64,000 nt of DNA from Orbicella franksi (lineage: Eukaryota): NCBI GenBank assembly GCA_964199315.1, contig OZ116706.1, forward strand, positions 13,826,001 through 13,890,000. Reading direction: 5' to 3'. Positions within the stretch are counted from its first letter, which is position 1. Each line of letters starts with the position of its first letter. A program made the position numbers and the translations under genes. The notes under the pieces were generated by a model. It made no database searches, was not told where the DNA came from, and saw only the letters and a program-made list of their open reading frames with translations. Shown in pieces: positions 28,046 to 40,410 of this stretch.

Positions 28046-28273
28046 TACATGCAACAATTGGGCAATATGCATATGTTATGTATTTTTAGACATTTCATGA
28101 CCAAGAAGAAGGAAAACTGTTAAGTATACTTTATACTTAACCTATAATCAAAATTTCAAAGGGATTGACCTTGAGTTATCCAATCAAAAATAAGACTATC
28201 GCACCAAATGACCCACATGCTGAAGCACACCCCAGAGGATTACAAAAAGAAGATATATCCAGCGTGCAAGTTT

Positions 28274-31200
28274 TTAACTTGACTGAATGGTCTTCAAGAC
28301 ATGCATAAGAAGCCCAGTGGTGATGGTATAGTCTACAATGCAATGAACAACAATCACTGCAAACAAAAACACTCCAAAGTCCTTGAGGGAAGCCAAAAGT
28401 GCTGTGAAAATAAAATTGACTTTGTGTGTAAATTCTATGGGAATTCCACAGAGTTGTAGGGCAACAGTAAGCATGGAGATAAAGGTAGAGTGGGATGTCT
28501 GAAAAATAAACAGAATTAAGAAATATTTAAACTAAAATGTGAAGGCATTGATTCATGCAACGAGGGAGAAAGACGGGAGTCAAAAGCTCTTGCTTCCCAT
28601 GCTCCTCTTTACATGGTCACCCTGACTCCAGGGGTGAATTAAAACAATATTATCAATTATGAGATATTTATACTGTTACCATTTTCTTCTGCTACTCTTC
28701 TCAGAAATCATGTTTCTTGCCCTTTCCTCTACCACCCCCACCCTTGTGGTTTGCATTGCCATATGTGTCTCTCTAGACAGTTCTCTGTGTATTTGTAGAT
28801 GTTTTGAGATTCACCACTTAATTTGTTACTTGGAGTGCAAGAATCAGGACGTTGGTTTAATCATATGATGGGTGGCGGAGGTTACCACGCTAGATTCCAG
28901 CTTGCCTGGTCCATGTTCAAGCCCTGTTCAAGCCAGAGCCAGTGCATTATGTTCTTGGACATGACATGTTACTCTCACAATGCCTCTCTACACCCTGGTA
29001 TATACTGTAAATAGGTATTGGCTAATTAAATCCAGGGAGGTTACCCTGTACTGGACCATCACCCCACCCAAACTACAAAATTGTACTCTTAGGCTAGCTT
29101 TTTCATTGTCGTCAATAAAGAGATAATACATCTATCATTGGTAAGCTCAAAGGGGGGGGGGGGGAGGGGGACCTTGGGCATATATATGGGCATTTTGACT
29201 AAAAGTCTGGGCCCCAGTGTGGGGATGTTTTGTTTTTGGCAAGGAGGAAGGGGAACTGAATCACATCATGGTATGTGCTCCTCAGTGTGGACATCTTGAA
29301 ATAGTTCTTCTGTAGAAGAACACAAGCATTTTGCAGATGACAACTTGTTTTCAACAAATAAAACAACTACTTCTCCCTACTTTGTGGGGATTTAGAGGAT
29401 TTTTAATTTTTAGTCTCACTTTTTATCAGATAATCAAGTGTCGGAATTCTTATATTTTCCATCCATTGACAGGGTACATTAAGCACCTCTTGAAATTTAA
29501 GGATACCTGCAGGGCAGTACACCATGGCACTATGCTAAGGTGGGGATGTTTGATCTGATTTCACCTATTTTGGGGCCCTACGGTGGGGATGTTAACCAAA
29601 CATTCTTATGAAAAGTCAATTATCCCATATATGCCCAGGGTCCCCACAGGGTTTAACATTGATAGATGGATAAGTGCCAGTTTGATGAGCCACTTGCCTC
29701 AAATGCAAATTTGCATTAATATTTAAGAAATTCTCTGACCTAGTACTACCGCAATTAAAGGCACTAGGTCATGGTACTTTGGCTAATTCTGATTATTTTG
29801 GTTAGTTATGTACTCTAAACTTCAAATTGGCAGAACAATAAAAATATGCACCTCTTGAAATTTACGAATGCCTGCCTTTAAAGGCAAGTCACAGCCACAT
29901 AACAACCAAGGATGATCTCTGAGCATTATAAATGGCATTTTCATACAAATACAAATTGAGATAAGCTTGAAAGAGCTCAGCCTGACATTCGTCAAGATTA
30001 CACAAATGTACCGTAATCAATTTTATACCCAGTTTTCCCACTCATGCCCCTTTTTGGCTTTTCTGAGACAGTTTATTTTGAGTTTTTCTACATTTTTAAG
30101 CCAATACTGTGATGCTGCAGTTAATTCCATGACCAGGCCAGTAACTCTAAACTTGCCTCAAATTGCATTACATAGCTCCTTTAATACAGGACAACAGGGA
30201 ACAATTTGCAGGCTTGTGTCTTTAAAAACACTTTTACAAGTCTGCATAAGAGCCAAGTGGCCCATCAGGTCGGAGCTTATTCCGGTTTCTGTAGCATGTA
30301 GTGACTAGGAGTATTTCTACTCTCCCCTGGATGGTACCTAATCCATTGCATGGTTATCCCAGGCATTAAGTTCACTGTAACTATTTATATACCTGGGTGG
30401 AGAGAGGCACTGTTAGAGTAGGGTGTCTTGCCCAAGAACAAAACACAATGTCCCCAGCCAGGGCTCAAACGCAGACTGCTCAATTCAGAGACAAGCGCAC
30501 TAACCATGAGGCCACCATGCCTACCAGAGTACTTTTATAGTATACTATTATAACTGACCTGTCTTAAGCTTGGCACACACATAAACAACAGCTGTAAAGC
30601 AAGGAATGGCCATATCATAGACTGAAAGAAATATAAGAATACAAAATTATTACTGTGATCAGAGAAAAAATGTGTATCACTGTGATGCAATATAGAGAAC
30701 AAGATGTGGATTGACTGAAATGTGACATTTCTCAATGACTGGTCACCTTAATGTCTTACAAGTGAAGGCAATAAAGAAACGACATCTAGTTGAATGAAAC
30801 AAGACAAATTCCCCAAGCAACAATGTTTTCCATATATTAACCCTTTCACCCCCACATTTTTACCAAAAAATGCCATTTTAACCGCTAAATTAGTTTTTTG
30901 GCTGCCACAATGCTAAATGGGCCTTAGTTTTGCTGAAAAAGGTATTTTTTTACCAAAAAGATAAATTTCCTGAAAATTAGGTTTAAAATGTTTAAAATTT
31001 TAATTTAGCGCATACGCATAAGCCAAAATTTGGACTTTCCTTTTCCCAGCCCTTTTACTCTCGCTATCTTTTGCGTTTCATTTTCTTTCTGGCTGCCGTA
31101 AAATGCTGGGTGTTAATCATGGGCAAAGCCCGAAATGGGACCTTGATCAATTATAGGTATAATGAGCCATTTTACCACCATTCTTGCACCAAAACTGATA

Positions 31201-33029
31201 AAGTTGTTTTTCAATTTGCTACGTCAGAATGTGGTCGATATCCAAAATCCACTGTTGTGTGGATAGATCTATCCTAGCTCCACTATCTGCTTATAAAGGA
31301 TATTTGGTAACATTTCAATTGATGACATCACAAGTGGTACATTAAAGAGCATGACCACTCAGTGCGTGTATATGTGCGCTTAGGGATAAAAGGGTTAATA
31401 AAACATTTTCCACACATTTTTTTAAGATTAAGCAGAAAGAGCCAAGAAAGATTTTTAAATACAAACAAATTTCAGGTCCATTACCCACCATAGATTCTGG
31501 ATAAAGGTAAAAGCCAAGTCAACATCAATACAAGGCAGAACTGTCCATAAATGCAATATCATCAAAATCTATACATTGTGCATGTGAGATATCACTTTTT
31601 CATGTTTTTTTTTTTTTTTTTATTCAAAGCAATTTATGTCTGCCGTGTGTCCAATATCAAATCCCAGCACAAATACCCCTAGTCATCACCGAAACTGTAA
31701 GCTCCAGATGGTGGTCTAGAACACTTCCCCCGATCAATGCAGAGTTTACCTACAACCTTACTCCAAGAAAGGTCACTAGAAATTCAGAGAGGTAGAAGGG
31801 TTTCAAAAGCCAAAGCTTTTGTAAAAAAAACTTTAATAAAGGAAGGTATAAAGCTTAACTGACATCAGCTTCAGTTGCTAGCTAATTCCGGTCCAATACC
31901 TACAATATGAAGACAGTCCGTTGTTAGAGGGTAGGGCTGGGATGATTTAGGGGGATACGGGGGGTTCTGTCGCTCCCCCCACTCCTAAATTAAAATAAAT
32001 GAGACATTATAACATGCTAATTTGACCTCAGAATGCCCAAAATCTCATTTCTGAGGATCTCAATTTAAAAAATTTTACGGGAGAGGATTTCCCTGGAGCT
32101 GGTATCTCAGCAGTCCGTATCTCTAACACACTTCTTTGAAGTCCTGTATCTGGCCCAGGTAGGGATGAGAGTTCAACTCAACACAACCTTCAGGATGTGC
32201 ATGTATATTTACTGGAACAGCAATGCGCATCCCTGCCAAAGAAATGTGAGAAATTCTACTACTTCACAATGTAGCTGTTGGTGATATTACTGCTCGAGAA
32301 ACAGCCAATTACAGTCTCAAAAACAGCCCCATAGAGTCATTGGCACGGTAGAGTCCCATCTAAATCTCAAACATCGCTCAGATGGAGGATGAATTGAGTG
32401 CGTGAAACAGATGTCTGTCTCCTCAGCTAACGCTATCTTACCTCTGACTGGACCAAATCATTTTGAGAATTACCACGATCTTGGTTTCTATTCAAAGAAA
32501 GTAAAACTTCCAAGTTTACATAGGTCCACTTGCTCACTAATACAACAGCCAAGATGATATTGAATATAACTCGAGTCCATATACCAGAGTTTGAGGTGGA
32601 AGATAAGTGTTCAACTGTTTTGTTGACTTCAGCTGGCGGAAGATTCTGGTGGTGACTTGTCACTTCGGGTACATCTTTAAATTCGTCGTCCAAATAATTT
32701 TTTCCGTCCGTTTCTATATCTTTTGATTCGCAAGCAGTTTCTTCAGCTTTACTGCTTTGGACAGTTTGGTTGTCTTCATCTTCTACAGGCGACGAAACAT
32801 CTTTTTCCCTAACAATAGTTTCACTTTCCTCGGGATCAACATCAAATTTGTTCTGATTAGAAACATCTTTTTCCGCTGAAGTAGAATTTAAAACAATCTC
32901 AGATGGTTGGTGCTGTGAGTTTAAAGTAGTGAGATGGCTTGATCGACTTCCCAATATTCTCTGAAGGCGATCCTCGCTATTTTGCAGCACTTTTCTTCTC
33001 CTCGCTTCTCGGCGCCGAGCGTCAGCCAT
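28274..33029 (-). CDS. CAMLG: Calcium signal-modulating cyclophilin ligand (CAML / GET2-like ER tail-anchored-protein insertase subunit), 291 aa; exons 33029-32442, 30621-30559, 28498-28274
   Basis: N-terminus ARRREARRRKVLQNSEDRLQRILG is the CAML/Get2 Get3(TRC40)-binding motif. An acidic linker follows, then TM segments including SMIWPFLALQLLFM and MLTVALQLCGIP...DFGVFLFAVIVVH, which match the CAML C-terminus as I recall it. Canonical GT-AG phase-0 junctions give 588+63+225 nt. Confidence 0.85.
28866..29060 (+). mobile_element. Degenerate partial copy of the tRNA-derived SINE (CAMLG intron 2)
   Basis: Decayed B box (GTTCAAGCCC), then TGTTCTTGGACATGAC...CCTCTCTACACCCTGGT matching the 27746 copy. 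Confidence 0.6.
30236..30525 (-). mobile_element. tRNA-derived SINE, inverted relative to the other two copies (CAMLG intron 2)
   Basis: The reverse complement aligns along its length with 27746-28045 (GGTGGCCTCATGGTTAGTGCGC...GGGAGAGTAGAAATACTCCTAGTC...GCCACTTGGCTC). Confidence 0.8.
30841..31394. mobile_element. piggyBac-like MITE (CAMLG intron 1)
   Basis: TTAA|CCCTTT...AAAGGG|TTAA, imperfect 12-bp TIRs, TTAA on both sides. Confidence 0.6.
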
Positions 33030-33499
33030 CTTGGAATCAGACTATTGCCCAGTCCACCGTAATATTTGCCACGGCCTTCAGTAGCCGAGTTCTGGGAAAG
33101 ACCCACCTCGGCGGCAAGGAAATAAAGTTAATACCTTCGATATTTCAAAAACGAGAAATTTTATATCAACAGATTTCTTCTATTTTTTGTCAAAATTTAC
33201 GACTTTTTTCAAGCGTTGTTGCCAAAAGGCTTTGGCCGTATCAATTTTTTAGCTTCAGTCTATTTTCGGTTGCATAGCAAGACAGTGGTTAGAGCTGGCT
33301 TATTCAAGTATGCTTTCTTGTCATTGCGTCGATCGATGACTAAAATTTATCCATTAAAAAATAAGATTGCTAGTAAAACAAGTCCTTTGCTGAGCAAGCT
33401 GAGTGATTTCCATCAGAAAACAACGGCAATTTGAACCCGTGGCCTGCTGTGTGAATCATTTGCGTTCGCACATTGCATACGGCTGGTGCCCCTGAAGTT

Positions 33500-33560
33500 T
33501 GAATTGACCAATCAGGATTCAACAGTCGCGAAAAACTGTACTGTGCTGACGTCAAATGTT
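33500..33560. promoter_or_regulatory. Candidate CAMLG upstream elements: CCAAT box and CRE palindrome
   Basis: CCAAT at 33508-33512 and TGACGTCA at 33547-33554, about 0.5 kb upstream of the ATG. Motif match only. Confidence 0.25.
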
Positions 33561-34319
33561 TGTTAACAGGAAAGGCATTGAAGTCGGGCAACTTTTCTCA
33601 CTGGAGACGGCTTTGAATATTCACCAAAAGGGATTTATAATTCCAAAAATCATATCAGATTGTAATGTGAAGAATATGAAACCGATTTATGTCTCCAAAC
33701 TTTCAATTAATATGGACAATATGTTGTTCCTCTTCAGTTTAATTCTCGGAACAAATATATAGTTACCTATTCTTAAGGTGTTTTGCTCTTTGTATTTCCC
33801 ATGTCTTTTGAATCTAAATCCCATCATTCTGGCTGTTGAGAAAGTTTCTGGGATTTCAAAAGCTGCAATAGTTTTAAGTTATTGGGATGAGAAATGTTTC
33901 AGTATAAAAACTAGTTTCTAACCCTCTTGATCAATGCATATAGATATTTTTTATTTTCACTGAAGTAGGGGTGCTTGGGAGCAGGCGGATAGTAATCGGG
34001 AACAATAGGCAAAAAACGAAATAGCTAGTCTTTCATAAAATAAAAGCACAAATAAAACAGATAAAATGCTGGGAGAGATTTCTGCATGCCGTCGTCTCCG
34101 CTCGCGCATTTTATCATATATGGCGCGCAAATAAGACTGCCAACTACCTAGGTTACGTCACTGCTACTTGATGCTACAGAAACAGGGAAAAGCTCCGGCT
34201 CTTTGGTCTGCTTTAGTTTACTTTATGATGTGTTTTGCAATGTAGGTAATACTGAACCAAATGCTGGACTAAGCCTAAAAGCACTTTAAAATACTACTCA
34301 CACCGCTAACAAAACTCTA

Positions 34320-34650
34320 GTTACAATACAACACTTGTATTACTTTATTTACAACCGTGAGGGTTACTTACACCACTTCGATACTCTACTAACAACACTT
34401 ACACTACTAATAATACTCTATTTTAACGAGTTGTAAAGTATGTCACAATTCAGCCTCTTCAGCAGCTGCAATGATTTCACTTTAATAAAGCTATCTGTCT
34501 ATTAACAATACAATACTTGTATTACTTTACTTACAATGTGGGTTACTTACACCACTAACAATTCTAATACTTAAAATACAATACTTGTATTACTTTACTT
34601 ACAATGTGGGCTACTTACACCACTAACAATACTCTACTTGTAATACAACT
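34320..34650. repeat. AT-rich tandem repeat, unit about 68 bp
   Basis: AATACAATACTTGTATTACTTTACTTACAATGTGGG(T/C)TACTTACACCACTAACAAT at 34507 and 34575, with a diverged copy at about 34325. Confidence 0.7.
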
Positions 34651-34971
34651 TGAAACATCTTGCAACAACAATTAATGTAGAAAATTGCACGAATATATGA
34701 GCCAAAGTTTTTGTTGTTCTTTACGCGAACTGCTGTAATAATTGTTATCATAATTTCAACCCGTGTGGTATTTTTGAGAAAATGACGTCATTTTCTCCAA
34801 TTCTCAACCAAGACTTGGAAAAAGGAAAATTAATTCTCGGAAATAAAGGTCCAAAAAAACACGAGTTCCTATGTTCGTAAAAGATTGAAATTTGCCAAGA
34901 TATCTAGGAGAGACCTATTGTGCACGAAATGTTAAAAAATGGGTGTCGAGAATTTGATCATAGTGGCACTT

Positions 34972-35604
34972 TAAGTTAGATACAATACGGGATACTTATA
35001 CTAAACTCAAAACAGCGAAAAGAAAAAAAATCAAAAATAGAAAATTTATACTTGCGCACATAACAATATTAGGGAAGCTTAAAATCTTGGAGCGGAAGGA
35101 GCGGGATGGCTATAGTGATTTATGATACAGCAACTAGGAAAGTGTGCAAAGAGAGAAAGATTCAATTTCGTTTTTATATTGTTTAAAAAAAAGGCTTAAA
35201 ATTTTCAATAGCTGGAATACATTCTTTGCTTCTGTAAAGCTAGACGTAGAAGCTTACCGATGAAAATGCATCAATGAAAGAATTAAACAAGCGATATTCT
35301 CGGTGGACAATCCCCGAGCTATTTACCCTCTCTGTTTCCAGACCATTAAACAGTTTGTTCTCTGTGCTCTTCAAATCTTCAAATCCCCGTAGTATCTACA
35401 GCAACATCTGACAAACACGAATTCGCCATGCCGTAACCTATTTAAAACATTCTTCAACTTTTCAGTTTTTTTCGTCTCAACTTCTAAAATTTGTCAGCGC
35501 AATAAAATTTTGGAATGCGACAATGCCCCAAACTGGACCTCAATTATTACAATTAAAGATTATCCTATGTTATGGACATTATAGAAAATCAATCGGAAGG
35601 CTTG
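34972..35604. repeat. Segmental duplication block X (downstream flank of the dioxygenase unit), paralog of 54702-55331
   Basis: High-identity alignment from TTAAGTT..TACAATACGGGATACTTAT to AATCAATCGGAAGGCTTG. Confidence 0.9.
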
Positions 35605-36111
35605 CACGGAAGGCTTGAACGTTTTCAAGACGGGGTTTAACTAAAGCAGAACGTGAAAGGGAACGTCCGAGAGCAAGAATTAACAAGCAAAGAAGAAGCC
35701 AAGGAGATTGCAAAGAGAGCGGGTCAGGGCTAGAGAAAGGAAGCGAAACAATACTGAACAATACAGTGAAGTAGAGCGAGTCAGGGCTAGAGAAAGGAGA
35801 TGAAATGACACCGAACAATGTCCTGAGGCAAAGCGAGCGAGGAGTTGACAAAGGAGGCTAAATATCCAAAATGCACTTAGTTTTCACACTTCACTCACAG
35901 TTTGCGAATCCTTGAATAAATTTCATAGCGGCTTGGCTAGTCAACGCATCCATTGTAATCACAATATGTGTTTGGATGTGTAGTGGAAGCAAAATAGCAT
36001 GAATGTATGGAGAATGCAACCTTTTCTAAGGTTCCACTACCTGCAGGAAGATAATCAGTGAAGGGTCCGGGTCCTGGGAGATAAGCGTGAAACTGAGATG
36101 TACCTGCTTAC

Positions 36112-37226
36112 CTCTCTGTCGTCCGTGTCATGAATGTGTTGCCAGCTCATGTACTTTTTATTGGATTTGTCTGGCAAGTATCTGACGTAGCGCACTTGTC
36201 TGTCTTCAAATTTTCTTACAACTTCGGGGTCCAGTTTCGACAGGAGTTCCCTGTTTTTCACCAAAATTGTTTCTCCGCCACAGCCATCTGCGGGTTCTTT
36301 CAGGCAGAAAAAGAAAACCTGCAGGGGAAGAGAGAGTGGTCACAATTAGTTAAAGGCTGACTAAAAATTAAAATCATTTGCAATTGCTAACATTATACCC
36401 CCCACCCCCACCCCTACCACGTCTTCTAAGTTTATGTTTAATTAACAAAAGATCATAAAGCTTTTGCTTTATCTATTGGGTGCAACACGACTAACGGAAG
36501 GATAATGTGGTTATCCTGCTTTCTTTGGTATTCACTTATTAAAAAGCCTTCTGTTTTGTTCCTAGGGATAATGAATCGGTCACGACCTCTGGCATTTCAG
36601 TTACATTCGTCTTTTCTACACTTAATTGAACTGCTTACCTTGGAGGGGTAGACCTCAGTGTATGACATTTCGTTGTGTGGATCTATAGCCACATCATCAG
36701 GATCATCGTTAGCGGTGTAAGTTCCTATACTTTTGTCAATTTTTTGTCGGAACGATGCACCACCTTCGTAATTCATTCCTTTCCAAGGAATTGCCCTTGC
36801 AATAGTTGAAAAGTCCTGTGCAGTTTCAGCTGGAAGACCGCGGAACAAAATGGCGGGATGTTGTGCGTGGTTTTCCTCTACGTACCCCATACAATTTGCG
36901 CTCAATTCGGCGAGGGAGGACCGGTGCGGATTAATAACTCGCACGCCATGTGGGAATGACTCTCTTGGTTCTGCCAGGAATTCTGGGAAACCTTCACCCG
37001 TTGAACCAGCAGTAAACGGCCTGTCCTTGAGCCTCGACTTGAATTTAGTGACGAGCTCCTCTCTGAATACTGGCTGAAAAATGCTCTTTGCTGTTGGATT
37101 TTCCTGACTTTGCTGGGCTGAATAACTGCAAATAATATTTTTGAGATAGGACTTTCTGGTTCCGGGAATACTACACTTAGGAAGTCTCGAGAAAGACGCG
37201 CGAAGCTGCAGAAGTCGAGCTGCCAT
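36112..37226 (-). pseudogene. TauD/TfdA-family dioxygenase copy 1, truncated: coding exons 37226-36639 and 36318-36112 intact, last exon deleted
   Basis: 265 codons differ from copy 2 at only 2 residues, and the HNE motif and splice sites are intact. The downstream intron joins directly (35604/35618) to sequence lying beyond exon 3 in copy 3, so the exon with the distal His and the 2OG-binding Arg is absent. Confidence 0.75.
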
Positions 37227-37497
37227 ATCCTGTTAAGGGAGACAAATGATATAGGAACTGCGTTCAAAGAACAACCATTCATATTTTGAACAAGCTCAAT
37301 TCCATGAAAATGAAATGTTATTGTTATAGATTTAAGGTTTTTACTGTTTGTTGTCAAAGTGGAGAAAATCAGTAAAGGAAGTGATCCATGAAAAGAAAGG
37401 AGGGGACCCACCGACCATTTAAGAGAGTAAACTGCATTAACGCAACCGGTGCCAAGCCTCATGCTTAGATTTCTTCTTAGCGCACACACGTGATTTA

Positions 37498-37804
37498 TGG
37501 TTGATACACACGTGGGGTTTTTCTCCAGGGGCACGCTCCGGGAGTAAAGCTCCTCAGTGTGTACCAACGATTTCATGGGCGTAATTCATTCTCGGGAACA
37601 GAATTTCCACCCTGCAAAATGCTCGGCAACATTAAACCGGTTAAATATTTGGGAGCAAGATCCCGGAGCAAAACTTGAAAACGTTCCCTCGGGTGTACCA
37701 TAATATGGAGCAAACTCCCACACTATGCTCCCCAGTGTGTACTAGTCGTGCAAACTGACCCTGGAGCATGCTCCTGGAGCAAAATCCCTCGTGCGTATCG
37801 GCCT
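37498..37804. mobile_element. Harbinger-like MITE in the dioxygenase 5' UTR intron (orthologous copies at 44318-44624 and 63891-64000)
   Basis: About 40-bp imperfect TIRs of the GG(T/C)(T/C)GATAC(A/G)CACG(A/T)GGG..TTTTGCTCCAGG type, at the same position in all three copies. Confidence 0.7.
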
Positions 37805-38185
37805 TAAAGATAGCCTGTTTTAGCAGGCTCGCCTTTGAGTCACACACGTGAGAACTGGTGAAGAAAATAAACAAGACGAGACCAAGGACTGTTATCGTTG
37901 TTTAATAATGCTTTATTCCTCAGACAATTCCAAATGACAGAATTAGGTTTGCTGTGCGATTGGGAGTACCTAGAATTTTTTAGAGCCGTTTATCCGACCA
38001 CATAAACAAACCTTTATAAATGAGCGTATTCCAAAAAACACAAAATACGAATCTATGCTAAGCTTCTTCTTGCGCATATTATGCTGTTTCTGTTAAAGAG
38101 CTGAGTACATGGCTATTTGCTACAAACAAATTTAGACCGAATTTAGGGGCATCGGAGCAACAATCGGTCCTGATACTTCAGGGGG

Positions 38186-38654
38186 GTATCCGGTCACCTC
38201 GCCAACAGAGAACTTCGCCACCGACGAACTCGCCACCAACATCAAGAGAAAATTAAACCAGAGTAAAGTAGTCGAGGTACATTAGGTGTTCGAGCGACTA
38301 CAATGTCAGTCGACTCGTAAGTTTGTTGGCTTGTGTGTTTGCAAAGAAAACATAGGTTTCTAGAATTCAACTACATGTATATATCTTTGAGAACTGACTG
38401 TGCTGTTATTGCTCAGTTGCTTCGCTGTTGCGTTTGCTCAAGCTTACGTAAGTGTTTCATAAAAGGCTTCGTCTCAACGATCAAACAACTTCAACCCGGC
38501 TTACACGGGCTGTGTGAGTTATACGACTACACAAAGGAGAAAGAATTTCAGTTTAATGTTATTAGATTGCTAGTAATTTGTTGGCGAGGAGGCTTCGCTT
38601 AGTGGCGAGTTCGTTGGTGGCGAGACTTCCTTGTGGCGAGGTACGCTGCCATAC
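38186..38654. mobile_element. Non-autonomous DNA element with subterminal CTCGCCA repeats (paralog at 45002-45456)
   Basis: Left end GTATCCGGTCACCTCGCCA plus repeated TCGCCAC. Right end has inverted TGGCGAG repeats ending GCCATAC. Confidence 0.6.
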
Positions 38655-38920
38655 TTAGGTTCGTCTTCAGGTATGCTCGAACATTAACAAAGCAAACTGT
38701 ATAACATGCCGAGAAAGTCATTTCTTATCAAACGAATTCTTAATGGTCCTAACATCGAAAGCTCAAGAGACTACAGATTGCCTCCTAGAACTTAGCGTAT
38801 TCCAAAAGCACAAAATACGACTAGATCCTAAACTTGGTCTAGCACAGATTATGCTATTTCAGTGAAAAGACCACAAAAGTTACACAAACATAACCCGAGC
38901 AGAATCAAAATGAAACTTAC

Positions 38921-38985
38921 CTCGGAATCGGAGTCACCGAGTTTGGGAGCAGACTGTTTGCGTGCTAATGTATGCAAATTTAGTG
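38921..38985 (-). other. Putative non-coding first exon of dioxygenase copy 1 (copy 2 equivalent ends at 45722)
   Basis: Strong donor GAG|GTAAGT at 38920 (45721 in copy 2). The coding ATG is preceded by an acceptor (TTAACAG|GATATG) and needs an upstream exon. There is no ATG in this segment, and its 5' boundary is a guess. Confidence 0.45.
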
Positions 38986-39012
38986 TCGTGATAAACATTA
39001 CTCTATAAACAC

Positions 39013-40161
39013 AATGGACCTTTCTGCCGATGTCACGTAATCCATCAAATATTTTCGCTCGCGCGCGCTTGGTCTAAACGCGTCACGTGACCGACCATTC
39101 CCCAGCGGAATATCCGAGCCTATCCCCCAATTTTCAAAACTGCGCGTATTGCGAAAAATATTCGATCCATTTGACTTTGAAAATATGCTCGGATATTTGT
39201 CCGAGGATATTATCTGTTCCGAGAGGCGAACAGTTTTCCGAGAGCGTAGCTCGATGAAAACTGTGTGCTTTGAGGCACAGATAATGTCCAAGGACGAATA
39301 TCCGAGGATATTTCCGCGCCAAATGGAGGTTATTGTTTATATATCAACAATATTTCGTATTTTTCATACAAACAAAAAACCACCTTCATAAATGCCGAAT
39401 TTAGTGGATATGCGCAGTTTCATGCAGTTGGCCAGTTTGGTTGCCCCCTGGCAAACATTCTTTGTGAAAATTTGGGGTCCCATGTTTCCAAGCGATAGCA
39501 ACGGATTCTTATGAAACTTGGCATATTTACAAAATTTCGCATGATACATCGAACGGTGAGGCTTTTTTTTTTCTTGTTTGAATGAAAAATTCGGAAAAGA
39601 GTGACATCGGTTAAAAGGTCTGTTTGTATAAGTAAACAAGCAAATGATTTCAAGTGCAATTTGGAATAAATAAGAACAAGTAGCACATCCACTGAAAGCT
39701 AAGCACTCTGTCGTAATAATGTGGTCTGCAACTATTGGTCGAAGATTTAGTGTGGTGATAGCCTGCGAACAGGCTCCCAGCGAGGACGGAAAAAAAATCC
39801 GGCGATCGCGAAACAGAAGAATTCGGAGAGCAAAGCGATCGGGGCGGGGTCAGGCTCCCTCGCTTCGTTCGGGCTCACCGGGAGCCTGTTCGCAGGTTAG
39901 TGTGGTGATAAACACTAACAATAGAAGGTGATAAGTTGTTCTCACGGGAGTAGCGTGGAACCCGGCCTTACGTTTACCTCGTTGATACGGTCACCTCGTT
40001 ATTACGGCCACTTTTTTTGTCCCGACGAAACGTCCATACATTTTCTTATAAGAAAACGTCGTTAATGCGGCCACCCCCTTAACACGGCAAACGGCCTCAT
40101 TCTGAATCCCACTTAGTAAAACCCTTCACATTTTTACCCCGTTTAAACAGCCCCTCGAACC
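39013..40161. repeat. Segmental duplication block Y, paralog of 50497-51506; contains a long-hairpin repeat (arms about 39181-39220 / 39274-39313)
   Basis: Colinear high identity from AATGGACCTTTCTGCCG to CCTCGAACC, apart from a MITE private to this copy. Confidence 0.9.
39759..39899. mobile_element. 141-bp Mutator-like MITE with 9-bp TSD
   Basis: 20-bp TIR TAGCCTGCGAACAGGCTCCC / GGGAGCCTGTTCGCAGGTTA. GTGTGGTGA is duplicated at 39750-58 and 39900-08. The element is absent at the paralogous site near 51225. Confidence 0.85.
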
Positions 40162-40410
40162 TGTTTTATCGCACCAAAAAAATCCATGTGTTGAAGTTGC
40201 AAAAAATCAAGTCACGTGCGATATTTCATGGTATACTACAGTATAAAACGTGATACCCGTTTACTTAAGCATGCACTACTCGCCAGACCTCACGCGCCCT
40301 TTGTTTATCTAAAAGCTAAAACCATTATTAATGGAGTGACTAATAAAGTTGCTATTTGATTACTACTACTATTTCAATATCAACAAGGTTCCTTTTCTGT
40401 TATTTGCTCA

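Noticed and set aside
35579-35851. Hydrophobic 90-aa ORF (paralog 42389-42664) as a replacement last exon or membrane peptide
   Set aside because: It is the reverse complement of a purine-rich intronic relic, it is interrupted in copy 3, and no supporting acceptor was seen.
36902-37576. 224-aa ORF (and paralogs 43716-44234, 63407-63844)
   Set aside because: It overlaps the true exon in another frame and crosses an intron and MITE, and its length is not conserved among copies.
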